A DNA stretch of 63,394 nt, the filler included, from Octopus bimaculoides (Eukaryota): assembly GCF_001194135.2 (NCBI RefSeq). It is 6 parts of 6 records of this genome, joined end to end, with 100 filler letters (N's around TTAATTAATTAA, not from the genome) between each part and the next. Parts side by side here need not be neighbours in the genome. Positions count along the whole stretch, not along the records: positions 1 to 29,810 come from NC_068991.1; positions 29,911 to 34,133 come from NC_068999.1; positions 34,234 to 42,109 come from NC_068989.1; 3 more parts are not named here. One strand, given 5' to 3'. The translations under genes were made by a program, and so were the position numbers. Under the pieces are notes generated by a model. That model was not told the origin of the DNA. It was given only the letters and a program-made list of their open reading frames with translations, and did not search any database. Positions 24,093 through 37,077 of the stretch are shown here, one piece after another (within the stretch, counting starts at the first letter, position 1; every line of letters begins with the position of its first letter).

Positions 24093-27000
24093 TAAAAAAA
24101 TACGTTAGGAATGAGAACCCAGGTTCGAAATTTCCCCAAGACACCTGATGAAGGCTGGAGGTTATATCAGCCGAAACGTTGTGTTAACAACAAACAAGAT
24201 TAGGACAAATATCTGTCGAATGTAAATAATGTAAGTAAGGAAGGATTAGGTATGGTGGTTATGGGGAGTTTAGAGACAAGGCAGAGGTCAGGTGTGACAA
24301 AACATAGAAGATAAAAGGGAACTGAAACTGTTTATTTACCGATTTCAGGGCCTTTACTTTACCCTTGAGCGAACTTTCTAACTTATCATTTTCACCTTCA
24401 ATAAAACTATTTCCAGGTGCGTCATGTGTTGTCTGAATACCTACAAAAGAAAAAAAAGAAAATAATAAAATACATAAAAATATGGACAAAGAAATTGTTA
24501 CAACAAATGCATCAGTTGTTTATAAGCCATTTAAAAAAACACAAAAACCGTTAGATTCACTTCAACATTTAAATTTAATTTGCCAAAATACTTTTGTCGC
24601 TTTGAAACTGCGACTTGTTCACTGACAAAATTCTGTGCTGCATCTGAGAAAGTAACAGTTAGTTCATGATATATATGCATGTGTGCCTGTATGTATGGAT
24701 GTATGGATGTATGTATGCATACTAATCATATCTGTCAGGCATGTGGAAGGGAGTGTGATTTGGCGGAAGGACTTAAACGACATGCAAAAGTACATGAAGC
24801 CCAGTTACAACCACAGCTGGCTATTGCCGGTAAAGGTTTTAGCTGCCAATTCGGTACAAGACACTGTAGATCTTTAGCTGGGCTAAAAAGCCACGTTCGA
24901 TCACAGCACCGTTAACAGTTAAGCCTCGTGCAATGGCCATACTCGATAACGAGGAGGCAGCCATCATGTGTGCATGTAAGTATGTGTGTATGTATATGTG
25001 TACATGCCTATACTTATGTATGTAATGTACGTACATACTTATGTATGTATGTGAGTATTTAGGTATATAAGTGTGTAGAATGATGTTGGTTTATGTCATA
25101 TGCAATTTTCCAGCTTTAGCAGACAGTTGGGAAAGCTACCAAATATACAACATTGCAACACAGGAAAGGACTAGCGTTACATACTGTAACCCCTACTAGA
25201 ATATATGTCATGGTCCCTGGCAAATGCCAATAAACTCATAAAAAAGATAGATTTCTAACTTCAGCACATACCACAGATACTTTAAGGGCCATAAGTGAAG
25301 TCCACGAGCATTTTGTCTGGCCTTTAACAATTCTGACAACCCTGCTAGAAATAGCAACCAAATTTCCCTGATGCTACAGTTTAGGGTCTATAACCCTTTG
25401 GCATACACAAATGCAATGCTTATCTATTCATAGTTGTGAATCAATCATGATTTATCTTCAAGTTTTGAGATTTCAATAATTTTTATAATGACACTGTAGG
25501 GTAAGTGTGAGATGCTGGATCTGGTCATAAATTTGGACATAAAGCAGATGGAATATTGTGGTCAGATATGGGCACTTCAAATGCTAAAGGGTCAAAAAGA
25601 AAAGAAAGAAGATATAGAGAGTAATGTTGCTGTTGATCCCTGCTGGGGATGGGTCAGTGGAACATTTTCTATAGGGACTGGGAAAAAAGGGGATGGCGGT
25701 AGGGATAGCAGACGCATCTTTTAATTGCCCTAATTTTCAAAAACATTTTCTATAGGGACTGGGAAAAAAGGGGACGGCGGTAGGGATAGCAGATGCNNNN
25801 NNNNNNTTTTCAAAAACATTTTCTATAGGGACTGGGAAAAAAGGGGACGGCGGTAGGGATAGCAGATGCACCTTTTAATTGCCCCAATTTTCAAAAACAT
25901 TTTCAATCCTTATTCTTTGTCTGAATAATCTTCTGCTTTCACATTCTACGTAATATTGATGGAATAACATTTGCAAGCAATCTTTTAAGGATGACCCTAT
26001 CTGTAGGGAGCAGCTTTTTGTGGTGTACTTTATTTTGTTGAAGTGTTGAAATTGTGTTTGCAAGAGAAAGGGCAGAGGTGACACCTAAAAAACAAAAAAC
26101 AAAAGCTTAAAAAACACTGTCCTAGATCTACTAAGTTTGAGATAACAAAAAACAAAAAACAGAATGGTCATAATTGGAATGTCATTGTTTTGCTTATATG
26201 TCTACTACATTAGAGCTGATCTGGAGATAAAGAACAACAGAGAGAGAGGAGAGAAAGGAGGAGAGAGACAGATACAGAGAGACATGGCAGTAGGAAGGGA
26301 GGGTCTCATTGAAATCGAAAATCAAACATAATTTTGTAGATATTTACACAAATATAATGAAAAAAAAGTTGAATTTTAAAATTTTTTGCTTTTTACTTGT
26401 TTCATTCATTGGACGGTGGCCCTGCTGGGGCAATGCCTTCAAGGATTTAGTTGAAGAAATTGACCCCAGAACATTTTTTTAAACATGGTACTTACTCTAT
26501 TAGTCTTTTTTGCTGAATTACTAAGTAATGGGGATATAAACAAACCAACAAACCACTTCCAGTTGTCCAGCTGTGGTCAGGGATGAACACAAACACACAC
26601 ACACATATATACAAACAATGGCGCCTGGTGTTGTCCTTGGTTTGTCAGCTCTGGTCAAACTCGTTAACCCTGGTCCAACCCATGCCATGGAATACGGATG
26701 TTAAATGATCACACACACCTTGATTATATGAAGTTTACATTGTTGTTAGGATGGATCATCATCATCATCATCGTCGTTTGACGTCCGCTTTCCATGCTAG
26801 CATGGGTTGGACGATTTGACTGAGGACTGGTGAACCAGATGGCTACACCAGGCTCAACTCGTAGGGGTTTCAATCAAAACCCTAACGAGTTTACACAGGA
26901 TCTCCTAACCACAAGGTAAACTTCATATAATCAAGGTATGTTTATATATACAGTGAGATTCTTTTAGGTTCTGTCTACTAAATCCTCTCACAAGACTTTC

Positions 27001-28209
27001 ATTGACTCAGGGCTATAAAAAAAGGCACTTGCCCATTGCCTATGGTGCCACACAATAGGACTGAACCCAGAACCACATGGTTGAGGAACAAGCTTCTCAA
27101 CTACACTGCCATACTTAAGCATTAAATAAAACAACCTTTGAACTAGTTTTGTCATGTGATACAAAACATGTCAAATGTTTATGATCGAATAACTGAGTCC
27201 ACGTCGGGGATGGGGTGGGGGAAAGAGCCCGGAAGCAGTGAAAGAAGGGTTCTGGACTATTCACAATAACAGTCCTACAATCTTTCTGATATAAAGGGCC
27301 CTGTACGAAGCATTAAGATAATTCTTCCCTTCATCCTATCCAAACTAAGCTAACGGTATCGTCTGTGACATCACGACATTAAAACACGAACAGCATTACA
27401 AATTTCCTCTTTTTTTCCTCTAGCTCCGCCGGTTCCCCCCAACTCGACTTTTTTTCAATTGACGAATTAGATTCAACGAACGAAAATTGCCCCAGTTAAA
27501 ACATTAACACGATTTCTAACATAGGCAGAAAGCCACAAAGTTGTGGGCTGGGAAGAAAGAGTCAAATAACTCAGCCCAGCACGTGGTTGGCATTACATTG
27601 TTCTCCTATATTCCGCTTAGTCCAGGAACTCAAATTTCAGAGTTGGAAACCCCAGAACAAAACACTGGCGCTTCCGTCAGTCAACTACGATCAGATTTCA
27701 ATTCTTAAAATATATAAATAAACAAATAAATGAAGTGTAGGAATAATGCCAATATCGATTCTGAAGGATATTTCCAATGAAGAAATTCCACTTAACCTAT
27801 TTGAAACGGTGTGTCGAACAAAAATATTTACTTTCACTTCAAAGAAGGCAACGCAAAAACACAGAGTCTGAAGACTGTCAACGAGTGCAGTTCTTCTCCA
27901 GAGCAATCGAAATATGGATAGTCTTAAATATTAGTGACGCAGACATTTCACCAGCATCCTTGGAGTCGCGGACTTTACTTTAATGTAAAACATATGTTAC
28001 AAGTTTTGACAAGTTGGGATGAATTGTAATGTTAGAGAAAAAAAGTGTGTGGGGATATATTTCGATGGAGCAGTTATTGCTTGGGTTAATAGAAATGCTT
28101 GGATCTAAGATCGGGGGGTGATATTTTAATTTTAGAAAAAGCCTACAACACATAAATAAAGTAAAGGGATGAAAACTTTACCCGGGTCTTGGATATGTTG
28201 TCGCCTCAT
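21412..28209 (-). CDS. BET1: BET1 homolog (ER-to-Golgi Qc-SNARE), 113 aa. Exons 28182-28209, 24340-24440, 22662-22718, 21412-21567.
   Basis: Spliced product MRRQHIQDPGIQTTHDAPGNSFIEGENDKLESSLKGKVKALKSLSIDIGTEIRTQNTFLDQMDSDFEGSTGLLQKTMHRLKGITKEGHWKIWLYLFLFTLFVFGVCWLVVRTR*. It matches the BET1 pattern (MRR start, ENxxLxxxLxxKVxAxKSLSIxIGxE SNARE motif, C-terminal TM anchor). All introns GT-AG; 342 nt total. BET1L cannot be formally excluded without a phylogeny. Confidence 0.93.
22662..22718 (-). CDS. BET1: BET1 exon 3 (LSIDIGTEIRTQNTFLDQM)
   Basis: tttatatttgcag|CTC ... ATG|gtaagc; 57 nt. Confidence 0.95.
24140..24185 (+). ncRNA. Minimal hammerhead ribozyme motif (copy 3, intact), antisense to BET1 intron 2
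   Basis: GACAC-CTGATGA-A-GGCTG...CAGCC-GAAA-CGTT-GTGTT. Confidence 0.7.
24340..24440 (-). CDS. BET1: BET1 exon 2
   Basis: ttcttttgtag|GT ATT CAG ... AAA TCG|gtaaat; 101 nt. Confidence 0.93.
25391..25596. mobile_element. piggyBac-like MITE, single copy
   Basis: Ends CCCTTTGGCA...TGCTAAAGGG with degenerate TTAA flanks; same family as 53545-54294. Confidence 0.55.
28182..28209 (-). CDS. BET1: BET1 exon 1 CDS (MRRQHIQDP)
   Basis: gaagATGAGGCGA...CCGG|gtaaag; 28 nt, phase 1, matching exon 2. Confidence 0.85.
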
Positions 28210-28244
28210 CTTCAGCTGGTGTTTGTTGATCCACTTCAAAGCCG

Positions 28245-28278
28245 TGTAAACGTCATCAAGTTGTTGTAAACGTCATCA
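28245..28278 (-). promoter_or_regulatory. Two direct copies of TGATGACGTTTACA (CRE/ATF-like TGACGT core) 36-69 nt upstream of the BET1 ATG
   Basis: Identical 14-mers at 28245-28258 and 28265-28278 (20-bp period). Function is inferred only. Confidence 0.35.
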
Positions 28279-28780
28279 CATTGTGTGTACTGCGTCGTCT
28301 TTTTTCTAACATTAAGTTTTTCCTAATTTTTTCTTTTGTTTTTCGTCTTTTCATTTTGTTTTGTACTAATTATTTTAAATATATTTTATTTCAGTAAAAT
28401 TATAGATTTTAATTGTTTCTGCTTCACTCAGAATTCTGTACATCATAAACGAATAAATTCCGATCAAAAATAAATGTTGTACGAAAATAACAATACTGTC
28501 TTCGCATGATTATATTACACGTGTAAAACAAGTTGTGGCGTGTTTACAGTTTTGTAATCCTAGATTCCAGTTTGAAAGGAGAGAGGAGGAAGCCTGAGAA
28601 GTGTTCCATACATTCAGAAAAGAAAACTCTGATATTTATGGTTGTTTTCCTTTGTTTAAGAGAGAACATGATGTCTAATTGATCTATGATAAAAAGAAAT
28701 GTCAGTGAGAAGGCAGAATCCTTACCACGCCGGACAAAATGCATTACGGCATTTCGTCCGTCATTATTTTCTGTGTTCAA

Positions 28781-28975
28781 GCTAGCTGAATCGTTAGCAC
28801 GCCGGGTGAAGTGCTTAGCGGTAGTTCATCTGCCGTTACGCTCTGAGTTCAAATTACGCCGAGGTCGACTTTACCTTTCATCCTTCCGGGATCGATAAAA
28901 TAAGTACCAGTTACGTACTGCCGTCGATGTAATCGACTTAACCCCTCCTCCGAAATTGCTGGCCTTGTGCCTTTA
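28781..28975 (+). mobile_element. SINE family B (gctggcagaatcgttagcacgccgg...gagttcaaattccgccgaggtcgactttgcc). Other copies ~3321-3400(+), 14545-14635(+), 22845-23055(-), 30712-30790(-), 35482-35686(-), 37084-37290(-), 52855-52965(-).
   Basis: Dispersed homologous copies. Confidence 0.85.
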
Positions 28976-29179
28976 TCTTTTACTCATTTGACTGAGGCCA
29001 TGCTGGGGCGCTGCCTGAACGGTTTTAGTCGAACTGACATCAGAACTTAAATTTTTTTTAAGCCTAGTACTTATTCTACCTGTTTCCTTTGCCAAACCGC
29101 GAGATTACGGTGACATAAACACACCAACACCGGTTGTCAAACAGTGGTAGGGGAAACAGACACGAAAACACACACACAC

Positions 29180-29262
29180 ACAGCTATCGCGGGTGTTACG
29201 TTCCAAGACAACCCGCAATAGGTGAAAATCAGTGAAGTAGAAGCAGTACACGCAAAGGGAGG
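29180..29262 (+). mobile_element. Possible pogo/Tigger-like MITE fragment
   Basis: tatcgcgggtgttacgttccaagacaacccgcaataggtgaaaatc resembles Tigger-type subterminal sequence as I recall it; no second end found. Confidence 0.3.
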
Positions 29263-29365
29263 TAAACGATATCAAAAAGATGCAAAAGTTCTCTCCCGTG
29301 CAAAATATCGTAGGTTTGACGTTTCTGGTTAGGCGACATGCGCCCACGCACACACGCACGTACCA

Positions 29366-29426
<61 letters not shown>

Positions 29427-29597
29427 GTCTGTCTGTCTGTCTGTCTCCCTTTTTTCCAATGATCTCTTTAGATCGAAATTCTGACCCCACCCGGTTTTGT
29501 TTTCCTTTCCTTCCCCAAAAGAAAAGCTCTCCTTTGTATTTTGTCCCCTCTGTGTTCAGCCCTGTGTGGCCAATAAAGAAGCATATCTATCTATCTC

Positions 29598-29644
<47 letters not shown>

Positions 29645-29753
29645 GTCTGTCTGTCTGTCTGCCCGCCTGCCTGCCTGTCTGTCTGTCTGTCTGTCTGTCT
29701 GTCTGCCTGTGTATGTGTATATAAGTACATACATACATGTAAGCACGTATGTA

Positions 29754-29810
<57 letters not shown>

Positions 29811-29854
29811 NNNNNNNNNNNNNNNNNNNNNNNNNNNNNNNNNNNNNNNNNNNN

Positions 29855-29866
29855 TTAATTAATTAA
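29855..29866. other. Synthetic scaffold linker TTAATTAATTAA between N runs; also 34178, 42154, 47806, 58311
   Basis: The identical 12-mer with stops in all six frames always sits isolated between N blocks. Confidence 0.95.
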
Positions 29867-30171
29867 NNNNNNNNNNNNNNNNNNNNNNNNNNNNNNNNNN
29901 NNNNNNNNNNATCAATAGGGATCGTGTATCACACAGTAATGTTCTCGTGTAAAAAGAGGGGAGGACAGTTTAGGTTTAGCCGTGGAAGGAAAAGCCCACG
30001 GAAAAGACCACGGTAACCTTGGTCAATATTCTCATTGAAGAAACTATAACAGTAAGTGACTCTCTTTTGCCTTTTTGTTTTATTTTTATTTTTTCTTGTT
30101 CATAGGGTTATGCTCAAGATGGCTCCGTCGTTCACACGTGCCATCCTTGCTACATTCACCCATCTTTTTTT

Positions 30172-30224
<53 letters not shown>

Positions 30225-30419
30225 CTCTCTCACACACACATACACACACGCACACACACACACACACATACATACACATACATTTTCACGCATCTAAATG
30301 CGTGTCAATGCTTATGTATTCATATGTATTGACATTTATTTGAAATATATTTGAAACAGATAACCAATGTAGACAGACAGACAGATAGACAGACACAGAT
30401 AGACAGGTAGGTAGGTAGG

Positions 30420-30498
<79 letters not shown>

Positions 30499-31178
30499 GC
30501 AGAAAAGTTCGGTGAAGTTAATATAATCAAGTATTCAGGTAGTTTGGAGATTTGAGAACATTAGCGTTTATCTATTTCTCTTTGAACTCCAACAATATGA
30601 ATAATTAACCAGTGCTACAGAAAATAGAACTTCAAAACTCAATTTGGAACTGGCTCTTTGCAATTTATACTTCACAGGATTCACACAGAGCCGCTTGACG
30701 CTGGAAAGAATACCTCGCGGTATTTATTCCTATTAGCTGCGCTATGAATTGAAAACTTACCGAGGTCAACTTTGCCTTTCATCCTTTCGGAATTCATAAA
30801 AAAAAAACTTCCAGTCTTTGGCAATAGCTTGGCGGAACTGTTGAAGGGTCGGTCGAGACACGTTGCTGTATTTGTTTCATCTTTTTGCGTTTTAAGTGCG
30901 ATGTATAAAACGACAATGGTGCCAAGATGTATCGCCGCAAGTCGCTGACTGCGTTGGCAACAAGCAAGTCGCTTGGATAAACGTCTGTGCCGTAAATAAC
31001 GAGGGCTTTTTTTTTCTTCTTTTTTTTTCAGAATGAGACTGCTGAGCGCGGATGTTTGGATGCTGGTGATTTGGCACGGCAGGCTGGATAGTGAGCCTGT
31101 TTTGGCCACAAGGTTTTTTTGGCACTGAAGGCTGCAAACACACACGCGCATCAAGAAACACATGTGCATCAAGAAATT

Positions 31179-31216
<38 letters not shown>

Positions 31217-32559
31217 CATACATACATACATACATACATACATACATACATTCATACATAGACGGTCGGACGGACAGTCGGACGGACGGACGCATGGATG
31301 GATGGATGGATGGATGGATGCATGCATGGGTGGTTCGATAGATAGATAGATGATAGACATACATACATACATACATACATACATACATACATACATAAAG
31401 AGATTACAATTTATTAATTCAAAGCCATCAACATAAGCACTTTCACCAGCCAAAGTAGTTCAAAAGTTTAATAGTCGGGTGTTGTGATAAGTTAATTCTC
31501 AACAAGAATAAAAACAAACTTTTCAAAGTGCGTTAAAGTCCCTGAGACAAAGCAGTTGATGTCGAATGCGTCATTGTAGCATTATCACACCAAATAGGCA
31601 GAGGTATAAGTCTGCGCCAAAATATCTCATACCCGACTGTGTTGGCAACAGGCAGTCGTCTTCAAACATCCAGTCCAAAGCTGCAAATAAGGATTGGATG
31701 GTTATTCTTGACCGGCTTTTTGTATGTACTATTGGCTTTCAGTTGCTTGAATTAAACATCACTGTTATGGTGGAGGTTTTTAACCCTAAATGAACCCTGA
31801 TCCTGTAGATCTATCTTCATAGCTGTTCCAAATGTGAATATCAACAACTTTTATCAATCATAATATGTCGAAAACCAGATTATACAATGCTATAAGATTA
31901 AGATGTGACGAAACGATTAGGAACGATTATTTGCATATTTAGACTTAATACACCTACGCAGGTTCAGACGCAAAATATACTGGTTACTCTAGTGTACGTC
32001 ACAGGAGAATAACTTCTTTCGACGACGAGATTGGCAGATATAAGCAGCGATCAGCAATTTGTTTAATCAAAGCATAAAAGAAAGCCAGCAGTTTCGTATA
32101 GGCTCAAAAGTCCGAGTGCTTCTGGCTGACAAGCCACATTTCAAAACACCGATATCTTAGAATCTTGTGCACCAATGAGCTGATTGTGTTGATCACACAG
32201 TCCTCGTAAATGAGAGAAGTTATTCACCTGTTGCATACATTACGACCAGCATATTTTACGTCTGAATCCATCCTAGACGTACTAAAAATAAATATGCTAA
32301 TAATCATTCCTGATTTCCAATTTTTTATAGTGTAATTGTTATTTGATAATCTTAAAACTCCCGCTCAGTGTTCATACATGATATTGTAGAGGTTTTGATG
32401 AACTGAACGTGTAATGCAAATTTCAAAAAAAAAAAACCCACCTGTCATAAACTGTATCACGCGGATGTTTCATTGGAAGTACATAATGACATATGCTAAT
32501 CATGCTAATTACCATATGTTCCAAGTATTTTTAAAGATAACCTACTTTATTTATTTTTT

Positions 32560-33200
32560 TTTTTTTACTCGTGAAGACTCTGGGTGCCGACGAAAACGAG
32601 TTGTCTAGTTTGTTTCGGAGGACTTTCCTGTCGGGAACTATCATGGATAATTTCCAGATGTCCCTGGCCTGACAGTGCTACCGGGGTGCGCTACCGCTTT
32701 GAAATAAACTTCTTCAACCTGTTTCTTAAATGCTTGTGCACATTTTCGGTAGGTATTATGTTGTTAATTCTAACAGCGACAAGCAAGGATTCATTCTGTT
32801 ATTTGATATACCATCCCAAACTTTTCTTCTCGTTGACAATACAGATCTTGCATCCAATGAGACCTCTTCCATCCCTGTTTCTAGCCACATACAGTCTGAC
32901 AGAATCGCTTTTGGGGTGTAATTCCTTGTTAATTGTCATCACTTTTCTAGCTTTCCTGTCCATTTCCTCAAGCTTGTTCTTTCTCCACAACACCTGCACT
33001 GTATCGCATTAAGGAAACAGCCCGTGTCTTAAGTGCCCTGATTTAGTTTCTTGCATTGAGTCTACTTCCCATAATTAACATAGTTCTTCGCGATATTCTC
33101 ACTTAATTCTTTCTTTCATTTCACTTTCCTTGATTTCGTCGAATTCTAAAATTCCCCAGATACTTATTTCCATTAGTCTCAATATCCTTGATTTTCTCGC
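32560..33200 (-). mobile_element. R4/Dong RT fragment
   Basis: KYLGILEF...[40 protein letters not shown]; its 5' side lies near the (TAA)n array at 33255-33370. Confidence 0.85.
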
Positions 33201-33289
33201 CGTTGAGTAGCTCTACACCATCAGACAACACTACTTTGCTTCTTCGTATTATAAGCATTATTATTTATTTATTTATTATTATTATTATC

Positions 33290-33320
<31 letters not shown>

Positions 33321-33448
33321 ATCATCATCATTATTATTATTATTATCACTTCAATAATAATAATAATAAATTATTGTTTTGCCTACGGCCGCTTTAATGT
33401 AGCCATAAGAAATACAGAGATTTTCTTTCTAACGAAAATTTTTGTTTC

Positions 33449-33790
33449 TTATATATTTATGGAGTCAATTTTCATTAAGGAGTGGAACAAGCAATTCCAT
33501 GTAAGTCCAGACTGACTCATGATCCCAGTAGACAAAATGGAAAAGGCGTTGCCCAGGAGGAGGATGGCGAGGAGGATGCGCTGGAACAGCCAATCTGATT
33601 GACGGGGCTTGCACTTGCGGACAGTAATCTCCGCTCCGACAGTAGTGAGAAGGGATATGGTCTGGGGACCAAGAACGCCGGAGGTCTCCACTGCCACATA
33701 TTGGAACATAAACGTATCAAAGAACGACCGATACCTTGACAGTTCGCTTTTCTGAGCCTGACGGGCAGCTGGTAAAGGGTACAAGTGTCA
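33449..33790 (-). mobile_element. CRE-like RLE non-LTR retrotransposon C-terminus
   Basis: KSELSRYRS..F..VAVETSGVLG...PRQSDWLFQRILLAILLLGNAFSILSTG matches the KY..F.P.AVET.G...FQR.S.A.QRGNA..I..T tail of CRE-type elements. Confidence 0.7.
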
Positions 33791-34776
33791 AACGGTATAT
33801 TCAGCCACTTACACTATAGTCCAATATGTAGGTATATCGTTTGATCGTATAACTGCAATGCTAATTTTTTTAAAAATCAACGCAAGATAAGCTGTAAATG
33901 TACAAATACAATCTTCTGATCTAATACTTGAGCTAACGATTCTAAATGGCAATGGTTGCAAAAGATAACGTTTATGGAAGTTAACTATCAGTTTCGGTTT
34001 TCATTACTGGTTAAAGCCATTTCGTTCCCCCACTTAAGTGGTAAAAACTTTTCAAAATACACAAATAAGCAGACTATATTTTTTTTATTGTGTGTATGTA
34101 TGTACGTATATATATATATATATATATATATATNNNNNNNNNNNNNNNNNNNNNNNNNNNNNNNNNNNNNNNNNNNNTTAATTAATTAANNNNNNNNNNN
34201 NNNNNNNNNNNNNNNNNNNNNNNNNNNNNNNNNATATATATATATATATATATATATACAATATATATATATATAATATATATATATTTATATGTAGATA
34301 TTTGTATACAATATATATATACGACTTATAAAATATATACATATACAAAATAGATATACACACGTACACACCTACACACATATAATATAACAATCTAGCA
34401 TCAAACTTCACTGTAATATTGATACTATTATTCCTTATCTGTATTATTACACGAACGTTACTTTGATATCTGTTGAAACCATGACAGCCAACAGTCAATC
34501 AATATACATTGCTTCTTTCTTGTTTTGAATGTGATAATGTAAATGCAAAATTATGAATATATGTTGTTAAAACTGTAGAAAAGTATAGTTACAAATGAAT
34601 AGAATGAAAAGAAGCAAAAGTATTTGATAGAAAGAGGTAAAACCAAAACGAATACAGCTTGTATGCTTATTTTTGTTTCGGGCATACCTCAATAGATCTG
34701 ATTATTATAATAATTGTACATAGATACATTTATCCATAGATACGTACATGCAAGTACATATATATTATGCATACGT

Positions 34777-34866
<90 letters not shown>

Positions 34867-36973
34867 GCATATATATATATACATATATATGCACACACAT
34901 AAGTAATATGTATATATATATGTGTGTGTGTGTGCGTGTACGCGTACCTATCTATACGTCAACGAAACTAAGTTGAAGATAAAAGAATTGGATTATTGGA
35001 AACAATAGGCGAAATTTGATTTAGACTTTCGTAAAGTACTGTCAAAAATATAAAATAATGTCTCTTTTGTTCAGATTAAAAATAGGTAAAGTATCACGAA
35101 TAAATACATACTACTAATAACATAATATGTAGCTGGTTGATATATCACAATGTTCATGCAGGAAAAGTTATTTGCATAGTGATAATATATCAAATTAAAA
35201 TATCAGTTTAGCTTTACATAAACTGGAATATTTAGTGCAAAATTCAGAAAACTAGTCTTTCTCATGTCATATACGTCCAAATGAACTATAACATTGAAAC
35301 TCTTACTCAAATGAAAAAAAAAAAGATATTGCATGCCGGCAATTGGGATATTTCAAAGTTATCTATTAAATAAATTTCTTAGTGTTCAGGATGCTTACAG
35401 AATTATTTCTATTTCGATATTAAATCTATAGTCATCGTCCAATTGTCGCTAATTCGTGACTGATTAAATAATCCATTCTACTAAAGGCACACAATCTGAA
35501 ATTTTGCAGGAGGGGATTAGTCGATTACATCGATCCCATTGTTTCACTGATACTTAATTTATTGACCCCGAAAGGATGAAAAGCAAAGTTGCCCTGGGCA
35601 GAATTTGAACTCAGAATGTAAAGACAGGCGATATATCACTTGGCATTTTGCCCGGCGTGCTAACGATTCTGCCAGCTCACCTCCTTCGTAATTGATTAAA
35701 TAACCGATCAAAAAATATCAAACATTAAAACACTTGAAGCTGGAGATCAACATAATTAGCAAAACCAATTAGTTAGCAGCCCCTTCACATCATTGCTCAG
35801 CTAATAAAGCTTAAATGAACAATTTATCGCATTATGCGCCGCTTGCTATTCAAAAGTTAAGATTGATCGTAATTTGCCCCACATGTAGCTGATCTGTTGT
35901 TAAATAACAAGCGCAAGATGTGTGTTTTAAAATTCAACAATATTTACGGGAAACATGTTCTAGTGCAGTAGAAAAAATACATTTCGGATTGGTCATTTAA
36001 GATATATATCTCATTTTAGTATAAGTTTAATTGACACCAAAATGACCGCAATCCTTGGAATCAACACAGTAAATAACTGTAGATACCTTCCTATGAAATC
36101 TATTAAACTTTTATAGAATGCAAGTAAAATTTATTGCGAAACATTACTATTTTTTAATATAGGAGACTAAACAATGCTACATATATGCATAGCTGAATAA
36201 TTGAATAAAGGAAATTAATTAATTTCAAGGAAATTTTGAAATTCAGACCTGAATTCGATAGCAACAGTTTATCTCCCGTCGACCTCATCATTTGTAATCA
36301 TACATAATTTATAATACATATGACAATTGAAAGACATAAAAGAGTATTCAAGTTTAAAATAGTTGGTTTTTGTAATACAAACGACCGTAATTATTTTATG
36401 AAAGCGGAAATTAGTTTTGCACATGTGTTATATTTGCAGTCGTAGGATTATTTCAGATATAAAATAACGTCATCTGCCACACATTTCCTGCAGTTTATGA
36501 AAAAAAAAATAATTTTCTAATTTCCTAAAGTGTTGCTGACATCTCTTGGAAACAAGTAGAGACATTATAAAATAAAAGAACTTGAATATGGGAATAAACA
36601 AGTAAGAGAGTAAAAACGTAGCGATCATAAATGATGTGCTAGGTATGAAAATACATAACAAAATCGCACAATATCATAAAAACTAAAACAAAGCAACGTA
36701 GGGCTCCTTACTGTTTACTCACATAGCTATCAGATTAAAGATCATACACAATCATCTCAAATTTCATAAAAGCTCGCATAATAAATATAAATAATATTAA
36801 AGGGGCATCACAAGAACTCAATCACAAAACAAATTCAACAATACAGCAAAGTTATACAAATATATTCCGACCTTTGTAAACGATAATACCATTCGAAACA
36901 TCACCAGCAAAAAGTCACAATGATAATAAACTTATATAATACATTGAAACGCAATAATTTATTCTACTACTTT

Positions 36974-37039
<66 letters not shown>

Positions 37040-37046
37040 ATAATAA

Positions 37047-37077
<31 letters not shown>

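Noticed and set aside
28425-28509. Alternative MRR start (ATGCGAAGACA) upstream of BET1
   Set aside because: Its donor would be phase 2, incompatible with exon 2, and read-through hits a stop. The start at 28209 fits.
30681-31388. 235-aa and 119-aa minus-strand ORFs, one with a CLLPTQSATC...C Kunitz-like spacing
   Set aside because: Mostly microsatellite-derived. The cysteine spacing and the F-x-Y-x-GC motif of Kunitz domains are not met.
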